Origin: Hyphobacterium sp.
GTDB lineage: Bacteria; Pseudomonadota; Alphaproteobacteria; Caulobacterales; Maricaulaceae
Direction: 5' to 3'
Assembly: GCF_965229905.1 (NCBI RefSeq)
Contig: NZ_OZ245930.1
Location: 2,407,327 to 2,471,326, forward strand
DNA length: 64,000 bases
The translations under genes were made by a program, and so were the position numbers. Positions 19,181 through 28,372 of this stretch are shown one piece after another (position 1 is the first letter of the stretch; the number at the start of each line of letters is the position of its first letter). Under the pieces are notes generated by a model, which was not told the origin of the DNA, made no database searches, and worked only from the letters and a program-made list of their open reading frames with translations.

Positions 19181-19281
19181 TCTTGCCTCAATCGAATCGA
19201 ATGCCTTGGCGGCTTGTGTTCATAGCGTGCCCACCGCACCATGAAAGTATGGCCGGAATAGGCCTTGGCAGGACAGAATAA

Positions 19282-19509
19282 ATGCAGCGAATTCAGACAC
19301 GATTGCGATTGGGTTACGGATTGGTGTTGGGCGGCGGAGTGGCGCTCGGATTGATTCTCGCATTCGATGCCTTTGTCGGCCTGGTCCTTCCCTTTCCCTG
19401 GTCCCTGATCTGGCTTTTGCTGTGCATGATTCCAGCGGCCGGTCTTTCGATCGTATTTCTAACGGCAGTGCAGGAACGCAAGCCCGTTCAGCTGGAGGAG
19501 GCCGAATGA
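19282..19509 (+). CDS. Small two-TM membrane protein
   Basis: Hydrophobic 75-aa ORF. Its stop overlaps the ybjQ-like start (ATGA at 19506-19509). Confidence 0.5.
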   Translation: MQRIQTRLRLGYGLVLGGGVALGLILAFDAFVGLVLPFPWSLIWLLLCMIPAAGLSIVFLTAVQERKPVQLEEAE

Positions 19510-19826
19510 CATTGCCCGTCACAATGGCTCACGAGATTCCCGGTCGAGAGATCGGCGAGGTCATCGGGATTGCGCGTGGCAGCGTGGTTAAGGCGCGTTT
19601 TTTCGTGCGTGACATATTCGCATCGCTACGAAATCTGATCGGCGGCGAAGTGAACGAATATTCGGAGCTGCTGGAAGAATCGCGCGCGGAAGCCTTTCAG
19701 CGAATGCTGGCGCATGCAGAGCAATTGGGTGCGCACGCGATCATCGGCTTTCGTTTTTCAACCTCGACCATTATGGAGGGGTCTTCTGAGATCCTCGCTT
19801 ACGGAACGGCGGTAAGATTCAAGTGA
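19506..19826 (+). CDS. YbjQ family protein (UPF0145)
   Basis: Typical YbjQ sequence (GEVIGIARGSVV...NLIGGEVNEYSELLEESR...AIIGFRF). GGAGGAGG RBS upstream of ATG 19506. Confidence 0.8.
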   Translation: MTLPVTMAHEIPGREIGEVIGIARGSVVKARFFVRDIFASLRNLIGGEVNEYSELLEESRAEAFQRMLAHAEQLGAHAIIGFRFSTSTIMEGSSEILAYGTAVRFK

Positions 19827-20608
19827 TGTCGATTATCAAGCGGATGGCCGGGAACGCGGCCGGTGAAGTCATGGATACCGTCCGGTTTTTCGCCGGAGTG
19901 GCCGGTGTGTGGCTGATCATCATAACCTTCCTGTTTGCGCCCTTCCACATTCCGTCCGAAAGCATGCAGCCCTCGCTGGAAGTCGGCGACCGGGTGCTGG
20001 TTTCGAAGTGGGCGTATGGGTATTCGCGGCATTCGCTGCCGCTCGGCCTTGGATATTATGTGCCGGAGAGCGTCGACTTCCGTTTGTTTCCGAGAACGCC
20101 CGAGCGTGGCGATGTCGTGGTCTTCCGTACACCCGCGCAGCAGCGGAATCTGATCAAACGCGTGATCGGATTGCCCGGCGACATTATTGAAGTGCGTGAA
20201 GGACGGCTTTTCATCAATGGCGTGATTGTCGAACGCGAACCCTTGGAACAGCGCACCTATCGGCCGCATGCACGGCCGAACCGGTCGGTGACCGTAACGG
20301 CGTTTACCGAAACGCTGCCCGGCGGTGTTGAGCATCCGATCTACGAGCAATCCGATTTCGAGGCGCTGGACAATGCCGGGCCATTCCGGATCCCGGCGGA
20401 CTCGGTTTTCGTCATGGGCGATAACCGCGATAGCTCGACCGATAGCCGGGTACCGCCCAATCCGCGCAGCCCGGCCAATGGCGGCCCGGGCTATATCCAA
20501 TTGACCGAGGTGGTCGGCCGCGCTGAAACGGTGATGTTCACTTTCAAGCGCTGCCGGGATGAAGCCGGGATTTATTGCCCGACCGGCCGCGTCTGGCGAG
20601 GTCTATAA
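19823..20608 (+). CDS. lepB: Signal peptidase I
   Basis: Catalytic Ser box SESMQPSL, Lys box (IKRVIGLPGD), and GDNRDSSTDSR. Confidence 0.9.
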   Translation: MMSIIKRMAGNAAGEVMDTVRFFAGVAGVWLIIITFLFAPFHIPSESMQPSLEVGDRVLVSKWAYGYSRHSLPLGLGYYVPESVDFRLFPRTPERGDVVVFRTPAQQRNLIKRVIGLPGDIIEVREGRLFINGVIVEREPLEQRTYRPHARPNRSVTVTAFTETLPGGVEHPIYEQSDFEALDNAGPFRIPADSVFVMGDNRDSSTDSRVPPNPRSPANGGPGYIQLTEVVGRAETVMFTFKRCRDEAGIYCPTGRVWRGL

Positions 20609-20627
20609 GCGTTGCGGGAGAGCACAG

Positions 20628-21500
20628 ATGTCACTTGAAGGAAAAACGCTGTTCATTACCGGTGCCAGCCGCGGCATCGGCCTTGCCATTGCTGAACGCT
20701 GCGCACGCGACGGAGCCAACATTGTCGTTGCCGCGAAGACAGCCGAGCCGCATCCGAAGCTCGACGGCACGATTTTCACAGCGGCTGAGGATATCGAGAA
20801 GGCGGGCGGGAAAGCCCTGCCGCTGGTCGTCGATATCCGCGACGAAGCCAATGTCGAAGAGGCTGTCGCCAAAGCGGTTGACCATTTCGGCGGCATCGAT
20901 GCCGTGATCAATAACGCATCTGCCATTTTCCCGATGAATACGAAGGATACGCCGGTAAAGCGTTGGGATCTGATGCATCAGGTGAATGCGCGCGGAACCT
21001 ATCTCGTCACGCAGAAATGCCTGCCACATCTCGAGAAGGCCGCGAATCCACACATTCTGGCTCTATCGCCACCGCTCGACATGGATGTGAAATGGTTCGC
21101 GCCGCATGTCGCCTATAGTAGCGCCAAGTTCGGAATGAGCTTGTGCATTCTTGGATGGTCGGGCGAGTTCAAGGGCAAGATTGCCGCCAATGCGATCTGG
21201 CCGCGGACCGCGATTGCGACCGCAGCTATTGCCAATGTGCTGGCCGGCGAAGAGGCGTTCAAGAACTGCCGCAAGCCGGAAATCCTGGCCGATACCGCTT
21301 ATCTCGTCTTGAACAAGCCGGCGTCCGAATTCACCGGGAACTTCATCATCGACGACAGTTTCCTGGTGTCCGAAGGTGTCACCGACCTCGATCAGTATTC
21401 GGTGTCTCCGGGTGAGGAATTGTTGCCCGATTTCTTTGTGCCAAGCTCGCCGCCAGCGCCTGATGGCGTCAAGATCATGGACATTCAGCTGACGCATTAA
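20628..21500 (+). CDS. SDR family oxidoreductase (HSDL2-like)
   Basis: TLFITGASRGIG cofactor motif, YSSAK catalytic motif. GGGAGAG RBS before ATG 20628. Confidence 0.85.
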   Translation: MSLEGKTLFITGASRGIGLAIAERCARDGANIVVAAKTAEPHPKLDGTIFTAAEDIEKAGGKALPLVVDIRDEANVEEAVAKAVDHFGGIDAVINNASAIFPMNTKDTPVKRWDLMHQVNARGTYLVTQKCLPHLEKAANPHILALSPPLDMDVKWFAPHVAYSSAKFGMSLCILGWSGEFKGKIAANAIWPRTAIATAAIANVLAGEEAFKNCRKPEILADTAYLVLNKPASEFTGNFIIDDSFLVSEGVTDLDQYSVSPGEELLPDFFVPSSPPAPDGVKIMDIQLTH

Positions 21501-21632
21501 ATCCGCGCGCAAAATGTGAATTGCGTTTTTCGCAAAAGTGCCATTATAGGCGCTGGAGCGTCGTACTCTGCGGAGCCCATCCGCCGGATTTTTCGTGCCT
21601 GTCGACGCAGGCCATTTGGCGTTCATCAAGCG

Positions 21633-22037
21633 ATGTTACTTATTGATACTTATGCTGGCCCCAGTTCAATTGAGGGGGTTGGCGTTTTCGCCGCAGAATC
21701 GGTGCCCGCCGGCCAGCGCGTGTGGACACTCGATCTGCGCATTGATCGTGTTTTCACGCATGAAGAGCTCGAGCATGCGACGCCGCTGTTCCGGCAGTTT
21801 GTCGAGCGATACGCCTATTTCGATCCGTCGCTCAACGGATATCTGCTGGATGGCGATCATTCGCGTTTTCTCAATCACAGCGACACGTCGTGTATCGAGT
21901 TCCGCGCGGACGGCGATGGTTATGCGCGGCGTGATATTCACGCCGGCGAAGAATTGACCTGCGATTACGCGGAGTTCATGCCGGCCCTGGTCATTCTGCC
22001 TTCGCGCGTCGGTGCGTTCAATTCCCAGCAGAACTGA
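21633..22037 (+). CDS. SET domain-containing protein (putative lysine methyltransferase, 134 aa)
   Basis: GVGVFA at the N-terminus, FLNHS pseudoknot motif, and GEELTCDY. Start chosen at MLLIDTY. Confidence 0.75.
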   Translation: MLLIDTYAGPSSIEGVGVFAAESVPAGQRVWTLDLRIDRVFTHEELEHATPLFRQFVERYAYFDPSLNGYLLDGDHSRFLNHSDTSCIEFRADGDGYARRDIHAGEELTCDYAEFMPALVILPSRVGAFNSQQN

Positions 22038-22077
22038 CCGCTTGGCGGGTCTTGCCGCCGCGGGTTAGACCTGCGGC

Positions 22078-23016
22078 ATGAAGACCGTCATCCTTTCCGC
22101 CGATGCTGGATTTGAGCACCGGCTTCCACCGCCGCATCCGGAGAATCCAGCCCGCTTGCGTGCTGTGCTGGATGCTTTCGCGGATACGCCCTCGCTCCAG
22201 AATGTCGAGCGAATCGAAGCCCGCCGCGCAACACGCGACGAAATTGCGCGCGTGCACATCCACGCGCATGTCGAGGCCGTTTTCAACGGCGAGCCGGCGG
22301 ATCACGAAGCCTTTCACGGATTCGACTTCGACACATTCATGTCGCGCGGGTCGCTGGAGGCCGCCCTACGCGGTGCCGGTGCGGCTGTGCAGGCCGTCGA
22401 TCTCGTCATGGCCGGCGAGGCGGAGGCGGTGTTCTGCGCCACACGCCCGCCAGGTCATCATGCGGAACGCGATCGGCCTATGGGGTTTTGTCTTTTCAAC
22501 AATGTCGCTATCGCTGCGATGCATGCGGTGGAGACGCACGGATTGGCCCGTGTCGCGATCATCGACATCGATGTGCATCATGGCAATGGATCACAGGATA
22601 TGGCCGAGCATGAGCCCCGCTTGGTGTTCGGGTCCATCCATGAGTCGCCGCTTTATCCCGGCACCGGGCATGAGAACGAGACGGGGCTGAATGGCAATGT
22701 GGTCAATGTCACGGTGCCTGCCGGAACGGATGGAACGGGCTGGCGTACGCGTCTGGACCGGGATCTCATCGGCGCGCTCGAAGCGTTCAGACCTGAATTC
22801 ATTCTGGTTTCTGCTGGCTTTGATGCCCACCGGCTGGACCCGCTAGCCAGCGTTGCGCTCGACGAGCGCGATTTCGTTTATGCAGCTGAACGCCTAGCGG
22901 CCTTTTCTCGCCGCACAGCGTCTTCGCGGCTTGTCTGTTGTCTGGAGGGCGGTTACGAACTGGGCGCGCTGGGGCGGTCCGCTGCAGCCTTCGTCGAAAC
23001 CTTGGCGGCTGTGTAG
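22078..23016 (+). CDS. Histone deacetylase-family protein (acetylpolyamine/acetyl-lysine amidohydrolase-like)
   Basis: RPPGHHAE, FCLFNNVAIAA, DIDVHHGNGSQ and GGYEL are classical Zn-dependent HDAC/AcuC motifs. Confidence 0.9.
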   Translation: MKTVILSADAGFEHRLPPPHPENPARLRAVLDAFADTPSLQNVERIEARRATRDEIARVHIHAHVEAVFNGEPADHEAFHGFDFDTFMSRGSLEAALRGAGAAVQAVDLVMAGEAEAVFCATRPPGHHAERDRPMGFCLFNNVAIAAMHAVETHGLARVAIIDIDVHHGNGSQDMAEHEPRLVFGSIHESPLYPGTGHENETGLNGNVVNVTVPAGTDGTGWRTRLDRDLIGALEAFRPEFILVSAGFDAHRLDPLASVALDERDFVYAAERLAAFSRRTASSRLVCCLEGGYELGALGRSAAAFVETLAAV

Positions 23017-23021
23017 GGGAC

Positions 23022-23654
23022 ATGCCGTCAACGGCCCGTTCGCCCCGTTCTGCGGAATCCATGCCTGAGTCGCCCGTTCAGACCGTTGCCTCTGCCGGCC
23101 CGATCACGATTGTTCGTCATGGACGGCCGAATGCCGACCGGACCGTACGCATCGACTGGGAGGGCTATGAGGACTGGTGGAAAGGATATGACGCCGCCGG
23201 TCTGGCGCCGGGTCAGGAACCGCCGGCGCCGCTCGTCGAGGCGGCCGCCGAGGCAAAAGTAATATTCTCCAGCACGTTACCGCGCGCCATTGAGACCGCG
23301 AAAGCAGCTGCGCCAGACCGGAAGCTGGTGATCGATGCGGATTTTGTTGAAGCGCCGTTGCCGCCCCCACAATTGCGGGGGACGTTGAAGCCCGGCACCT
23401 GGGGCGTCTATGCGCGGGTTTTCTGGTGGATGGGATATGCGCGCGGCATGGAAACAAGGCGCGAGGCCGAATTGCGCGCCGAGCGCGCCGCCGACAAGTT
23501 GGTGATTGCGGCGCAACGGGGGCCAGTTGTGCTGTGCGCGCACGGTTGGTTCAACCGGATGCTGCGTCCAGCGCTGCGCCGCCGCGGGTGGAAATGCGTC
23601 AAGGATGGTGGTGACACCTACTGGTCAAGCCGAACCTATAAGCCGATAGGCTAG
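23022..23654 (+). CDS. Histidine phosphatase family protein
   Basis: RHG motif (ITIVRHGRP) and a second His motif (VLCAHGWF). The start is uncertain (ATG 23022 or 23061). Confidence 0.7.
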   Translation: MPSTARSPRSAESMPESPVQTVASAGPITIVRHGRPNADRTVRIDWEGYEDWWKGYDAAGLAPGQEPPAPLVEAAAEAKVIFSSTLPRAIETAKAAAPDRKLVIDADFVEAPLPPPQLRGTLKPGTWGVYARVFWWMGYARGMETRREAELRAERAADKLVIAAQRGPVVLCAHGWFNRMLRPALRRRGWKCVKDGGDTYWSSRTYKPIG

Positions 23655-23718
23655 GCGCATCCAATTGCGGGCGCCCAGCGCTTTCCCTAATGTGCAGAGC
23701 CGAAATCAGGAGTTTGCC

Positions 23719-23964
23719 TTGTCCGACTCATCCCAGACAATCGCCAATATGAGCTTCGAAGCGGCACTGGCCGAGCTGGAAAATATCGTCCAGCAGCTGG
23801 AATCCGGCGATGTCGAATTGGAAAAATCAATCGCGATCTATGAACGGGGTGCAGCATTAAAAGCGCATTGCGAGGCCAAGCTGCGTGAGGCCGAGCTCAA
23901 GGTCGAGAAGATCGTGTTGGACGATAAAGGGCAAGCGCGTGCGGAAGACGCCGACCTCGGCTGA
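23719..23964 (+). CDS. xseB: Exodeoxyribonuclease VII small subunit
   Basis: [34 protein letters not shown] is typical of XseB. TTG 23719 sits 6 nt after AGGAG. ATG 23749 is an alternative start. Confidence 0.8.
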   Translation: MSDSSQTIANMSFEAALAELENIVQQLESGDVELEKSIAIYERGAALKAHCEAKLREAELKVEKIVLDDKGQARAEDADLG

Positions 23965-24869
23965 TGCAGGATTCCGCCACCATGGATGATTTCCGGTTAT
24001 TGCTGGCCGAGACTGCGGACCGGGTCACCGTGGCGATGGACGCCTTGCTGCCACGCACCACTGGCCCGGAAGGGCCGGTCCTGTCGGCGATGCGCTATGC
24101 CGCCCTTGGACCCGGCAAAAGGCTCCGGCCGTTTATTGCGATCGAGGCGGGCCGCATGGTCGGCGCGGGAGAGAAGGGCCTGTTGCGGGTCGCCACCGCA
24201 ATTGAATGCATTCATGCCTACTCGCTGATCCACGATGACCTGCCCTGCATGGACGATGACGATGTCCGGCGCGGCCGGCCCACAGTGCATCGCGAGTATG
24301 ATGAAGCCACCGCGGTGCTGGCGGGCGACGCCCTGCAGACCTTTGCCTTTGAACTGCTTGCGAGTCCCGACACCGATTCCAGCGCCGCCAAACGGCTTGA
24401 GCTGATCTCGCGGCTGGCACAGGCGGCAGGTGCGCGCGGCATGGTTGGCGGGCAAATGATCGATATGCATGCCGACCGTATGGACGCCGACATCAATGTC
24501 ATCACGCGCCTGCAACGGATGAAGACGGGCGCACTGATCGCGTTCGCGGCCGAAGCCGGTGCTATACTGGCGGGAGCGCCGGCTGACGTTAGAAGGGCGC
24601 TTGAGGGTTATGCGCACGATATCGGGCTGGCTTTTCAGATCCGCGACGATCTGCTGGACGCCGAGGGCAATGCCGCCGAAGCCGGCAAGGCGGTTGGCAA
24701 GGACAAAAACCAAGGCAAGGCCACTTTTGTGACGATTCTTGGCCTTGAAGGTGCGCGAGACAGGGCGCGTCGTCTTGCCGCGCAAGCGAAGGATCACCTT
24801 GATCCTTTCGGTGAAAGTGCAAAGCTTTTAAGACGCGCGGCGGACTATGTGCTTGAACGGCGCTCATAG
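23964..24869 (+). CDS. ispA: Farnesyl diphosphate synthase / geranyltranstransferase
   Basis: First Asp-rich motif DDLPCMDDDDVRRG and second motif IRDDLLD. Its ATG overlaps the xseB stop (TGATG). Confidence 0.9.
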   Translation: MQDSATMDDFRLLLAETADRVTVAMDALLPRTTGPEGPVLSAMRYAALGPGKRLRPFIAIEAGRMVGAGEKGLLRVATAIECIHAYSLIHDDLPCMDDDDVRRGRPTVHREYDEATAVLAGDALQTFAFELLASPDTDSSAAKRLELISRLAQAAGARGMVGGQMIDMHADRMDADINVITRLQRMKTGALIAFAAEAGAILAGAPADVRRALEGYAHDIGLAFQIRDDLLDAEGNAAEAGKAVGKDKNQGKATFVTILGLEGARDRARRLAAQAKDHLDPFGESAKLLRRAADYVLERRS

Positions 24870-24888
24870 GCAATGAAAGCGAAAGCCA

Positions 24889-26805
24889 ATGGCTTCCACC
24901 ACCCCGATCCTCGATAGCGTGACGTCGCCAGCCGATCTCAAGGACATGAAAATCGAGACGCTTCGGCAACTCGCAGATGATGTGCGCACGGAAACGATCG
25001 ATGCGGTGTCGACAACGGGCGGACATCTCGGCGCCGGGCTTGGCGTGGTCGAGCTTACCGTGGCTTTGCACCATGTTTTCGATACGCCGAAAGACATCCT
25101 GGTCTGGGATGTCGGCCATCAGTGCTATCCGCACAAGATTCTGACTGGCCGCCGCGACCGGATTCGCACATTGCGGCAGGGCGGAGGGCTGTCAGGCTTC
25201 ACTAAACGCGCGGAAAGTGAGTACGATCCCTTCGGCGCGGCGCATGCCTCGACCTCGATTTCCGCTGCACTCGGTTTTTCCGTGGCACGGGACCTTAAAG
25301 ACGAGGATCAAAGCGTGGTTGCCGTCATCGGCGACGGTGCGATGTCGGCCGGCATGGCCTACGAGGCGATGAATAATGCCGGCGCGCTGGGGCAGCGCCT
25401 GATCGTCATCCTCAACGACAATGACATGTCCATCGCTCCGCCGGTCGGCGCGATGAGCCATTATTTCGCCAAGCTGGTGTCATCGCGCGGCTACCGTTCC
25501 TTCCGCAAGATGGGAAAGGCGGTGGCCAAGGCCGTCGGTCTCGAGAAGACGATCCGTAAGGCCGAGGAATACGCGCACGGCATGGCCGTTGGCGGAACGC
25601 TGTTCGAGGAGATGGGCTTTTACTATGTCGGGCCGATTGACGGGCACGATATGGAAGCGCTGACCCAAGTCCTAAAAAATGTAAAGGAATTCGACCGCGG
25701 GCCTGTGCTGGTTCATGTCGTTACGCAGAAGGGCAAAGGGTATGCCCCGGCCGAAGAATCCGACGACAAATACCATGGTGTCGCCAAGTTCAATGTGGTG
25801 ACCGGAGAGCAGAAGAAGTCCGCTGGCGGGCCGCCCAGTTATACCAAGGTATTCGCCCAGTCGCTGATCAAGCAAGCCGAGAAGGACGACCGGATTTGCG
25901 CCATCACGGCGGCAATGCCGGGCGGCACCGGGCTGGACCTCTTCGGCGAAGCTTTTCCCGAGCGGACATTCGATGTCGGCATAGCCGAACAGCATGCGGT
26001 GACGTTCGCTGCCGGCCTGGCCGCAGCGGGTATGAAACCGTTTGCAGCGATCTACTCGACCTTCCTGCAGCGCGGCTATGACCAGGTGGTGCACGATGTC
26101 GCGATCCAGAAGCTGCCGGTGCGATTTGCAATCGATCGAGCCGGGTTGGTCGGAGCGGATGGCGCGACCCATGCCGGCTCGTTCGACATTGGCTATCTCG
26201 GTGTCTTGCCGGGATTTGTCTTGATGGCGGCTTCCGATGAGTGCGAGCTGGCACGAATGGTTGCAACCTCGGTGGCGATTGACGACCGGCCAAGCGGTTT
26301 CCGCTATCCGCGGGGTGCCGGCCTCGGCGTTGACCTTCCCGAAATGGCGGAACCGTTGGAGATCGGCAAGGGCCGGATAATCCGTGAGGGTTCACGGATC
26401 GCGTTGCTCTCGCTGGGCGGGCGCCTGCAGGAAGCGCTAAAAGCGGCCGACGAACTGGCGGCGCGGGGTCTGTCCACCACCGTCGCCGATGCGCGCTTCG
26501 CCAAACCTCTGGACGAGGACTTGTTGCTCCGGCTGGCGCGCGAGCACGAAGTGCTGATCACGATCGAAGAAGGCGCCCGCGGCGGTTTTGGCGCGTTCGT
26601 TCTGCATTTGTATGCCGAGCGGGGCGTGCTCGATAGCGGGTTGAAGATCCGAACCATGACGCTGCCGGACATTTTCCAGGACCAGGATACGCCGGACGCG
26701 ATGTATGCAGAAGCCGGGCTTAATGCGCCCCACATCGTGGCTTGCGCATTGGATGCGCTGGGCCGCAATGAAGAAGCTGCGGCCGTGATCGGCGCGGCAC
26801 AGTAG
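24889..26805 (+). CDS. dxs: 1-deoxy-D-xylulose-5-phosphate synthase
   Basis: Full-length Dxs signatures ([47 protein letters not shown]). Conserved xseB-ispA-dxs order. Confidence 0.95.
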   Translation: MASTTPILDSVTSPADLKDMKIETLRQLADDVRTETIDAVSTTGGHLGAGLGVVELTVALHHVFDTPKDILVWDVGHQCYPHKILTGRRDRIRTLRQGGGLSGFTKRAESEYDPFGAAHASTSISAALGFSVARDLKDEDQSVVAVIGDGAMSAGMAYEAMNNAGALGQRLIVILNDNDMSIAPPVGAMSHYFAKLVSSRGYRSFRKMGKAVAKAVGLEKTIRKAEEYAHGMAVGGTLFEEMGFYYVGPIDGHDMEALTQVLKNVKEFDRGPVLVHVVTQKGKGYAPAEESDDKYHGVAKFNVVTGEQKKSAGGPPSYTKVFAQSLIKQAEKDDRICAITAAMPGGTGLDLFGEAFPERTFDVGIAEQHAVTFAAGLAAAGMKPFAAIYSTFLQRGYDQVVHDVAIQKLPVRFAIDRAGLVGADGATHAGSFDIGYLGVLPGFVLMAASDECELARMVATSVAIDDRPSGFRYPRGAGLGVDLPEMAEPLEIGKGRIIREGSRIALLSLGGRLQEALKAADELAARGLSTTVADARFAKPLDEDLLLRLAREHEVLITIEEGARGGFGAFVLHLYAERGVLDSGLKIRTMTLPDIFQDQDTPDAMYAEAGLNAPHIVACALDALGRNEEAAAVIGAAQ

Positions 26806-26807
26806 TC

Positions 26808-27542
26808 GTGACGAAAACCCGGCTCGACCTATATCTTGTCGAGCATTGCGGATTTGAAAGCCGGGCGCGGGCGCGCGAGGCGATCACGGCCGGGCTTGTG
26901 TCGATTGACGGTAGAGTCATAACAAGGCCCTCGGCGGCCGTGACCGATGGTGCACTGGTCGAAGCCAAGCCCTTGCATCCCTATGTCAGCCGCGCGGCGC
27001 TGAAACTGGCGGGTGCGCTTGACGCATTTGATGTCGAAATTGCCGGCAAGGACTGCCTTGATATCGGTGCGTCAACCGGTGGTTTCGTGGAGGTATTGCT
27101 GGCGGCGGGCGCCCGAAGGGTGATTGCCGTCGATGTCGGCACAGGGCAGCTGCACGCACGGCTCCGGGACGATGAGCGCGTGACATCTCTGGAAGGACAG
27201 GATGCGCGGGACCTCACCGCGGAACAGGTTTGCCAGCCGGCAATCATTACCTGCGATGCCAGCTTTATCGGCCTGGCGAAAGTGATCGAGCGCCCGCTTT
27301 CGCTGGCCGCCGATCACTGCGACCTGATCGCTTTGTTCAAGCCGCAATTCGAGGTCGGACGGCTGGCCGTCGGAAAAAGCGGCATTGTCAAAGACAACGC
27401 CGCCCTTCAGGCGGCGCTGGAACGGTTCCGGATCTGGCTGAACGGCCGTTACGGATTCGAGATTTGCGGAATAATCGACAGCCCGATTTCGGGCGGGGAC
27501 GGAAACAGAGAATTCCTTATCCACGCCCGGAAACGTGGATAA
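26808..27542 (+). CDS. tlyA: TlyA family rRNA (cytidine-2'-O)-methyltransferase
   Basis: S4 domain (RLDLYLVEHCGFESRARAREAI) and FtsJ-like SAM motif (CLDIGASTGGF). GTG start at 26808. Confidence 0.85.
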   Translation: MTKTRLDLYLVEHCGFESRARAREAITAGLVSIDGRVITRPSAAVTDGALVEAKPLHPYVSRAALKLAGALDAFDVEIAGKDCLDIGASTGGFVEVLLAAGARRVIAVDVGTGQLHARLRDDERVTSLEGQDARDLTAEQVCQPAIITCDASFIGLAKVIERPLSLAADHCDLIALFKPQFEVGRLAVGKSGIVKDNAALQAALERFRIWLNGRYGFEICGIIDSPISGGDGNREFLIHARKRG

Positions 27543-27550
27543 GGTTATCC

Positions 27551-28240
27551 CTACTGGGCCGGCCGCCAGATGCCGTCGATGCCCTGGCACATATAGACAT
27601 CATTGGCGCTGACGGTGCCATACTGGTTCTGGCTGCGGGTCGTCATCCAGCGGCAATTGTCGGTTTGGGGCGCAGACGCCTGGTAAATTCGGCTTTCACC
27701 GACCGGCGCGCCGGCCAGGCCCTCATTGCCGTAATAGATGCGGTTCTGGTCCGGCTGGTAATCATAAGAGTCGTAGCCGTAGTCCGTGCGGCTGTGATGG
27801 TCATTGTAATAGGGATCGCGATAGCCGTAATCGTCGCCGTAATAGCCGGAATCCCGATAGCGATAGTCGGGCTGGCAAGGTTGCCCGCCGGCCACTCCGG
27901 CGCCAACCAGCGCACCGATACCGGCGCCGGCGACGACCGCGACATCATTCTCGTGACGCTGATTATAGTGGTGATGGCGCCCGCGATGATAGCCGCGTCC
28001 GTGATATCCGCGATAGCCATAATGGCGTCCGCGGTAATTGTCGCGGTCGTCGATCTCATCCTCGATTTCCGCGCCGATCACGCCGCCGATGATAGCGCCG
28101 ACGATCGCGCCTGCGACCTGGCGGCCCTGGCGGTTGGCTTCGCAGTCGGCCTGCGACGCATAGCGATTCTGGGCTTCAGCGGCCGGTATGAACGCCGCTG
28201 CGGCAGCGGCCGAAACGAGGAAGGTGCGGAAACCGATCAT
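27551..28240 (-). CDS. Secreted Tyr/Arg/His/Asp/Gly-rich protein with two glycine zippers and a Cys-containing C-terminal domain
   Basis: Start at ATG 28240 gives a signal peptide (MIGFRTFLVSAAAAAAFIPAAEA). Glycine zippers VAGAIVGAIIGGVIGA and VVAGAGIGALVGAGVAGG. Low complexity such as YRGRHYGYRGYHGRGYHRGRHHHY and DYRYRDSGYYGDDYGYRDPYY. The C-terminal motif CRW...VYMCQGIDGIW is shared with the neighbouring gene. Confidence 0.75.
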   Translation of the reverse strand: MIGFRTFLVSAAAAAAFIPAAEAQNRYASQADCEANRQGRQVAGAIVGAIIGGVIGAEIEDEIDDRDNYRGRHYGYRGYHGRGYHRGRHHHYNQRHENDVAVVAGAGIGALVGAGVAGGQPCQPDYRYRDSGYYGDDYGYRDPYYNDHHSRTDYGYDSYDYQPDQNRIYYGNEGLAGAPVGESRIYQASAPQTDNCRWMTTRSQNQYGTVSANDVYMCQGIDGIWRPAQ

Positions 28241-28316
28241 GGCAGAACTCCGTTCTCTAGGCCGGGTTTTCCGGCGTCTGTTCAAGATTTACGCCATTCG
28301 CGATGAGCCCCGGATG

Positions 28317-28350
28317 AACAAAAAGCCGGCTCCCATTCAGGAACCGGCTT
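28317..28350 (-). terminator. Putative rho-independent terminator after the RGG-protein gene
   Basis: On the minus strand: GCCGGTTCC-TGAATG-GGAGCCGGC (one mismatch), followed by TTTTTGTT. It lies about 25 nt downstream of the stop at 28373. Confidence 0.5.
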
Positions 28351-28372
28351 TCTGCTTGTCTGCCGCTTGAGC

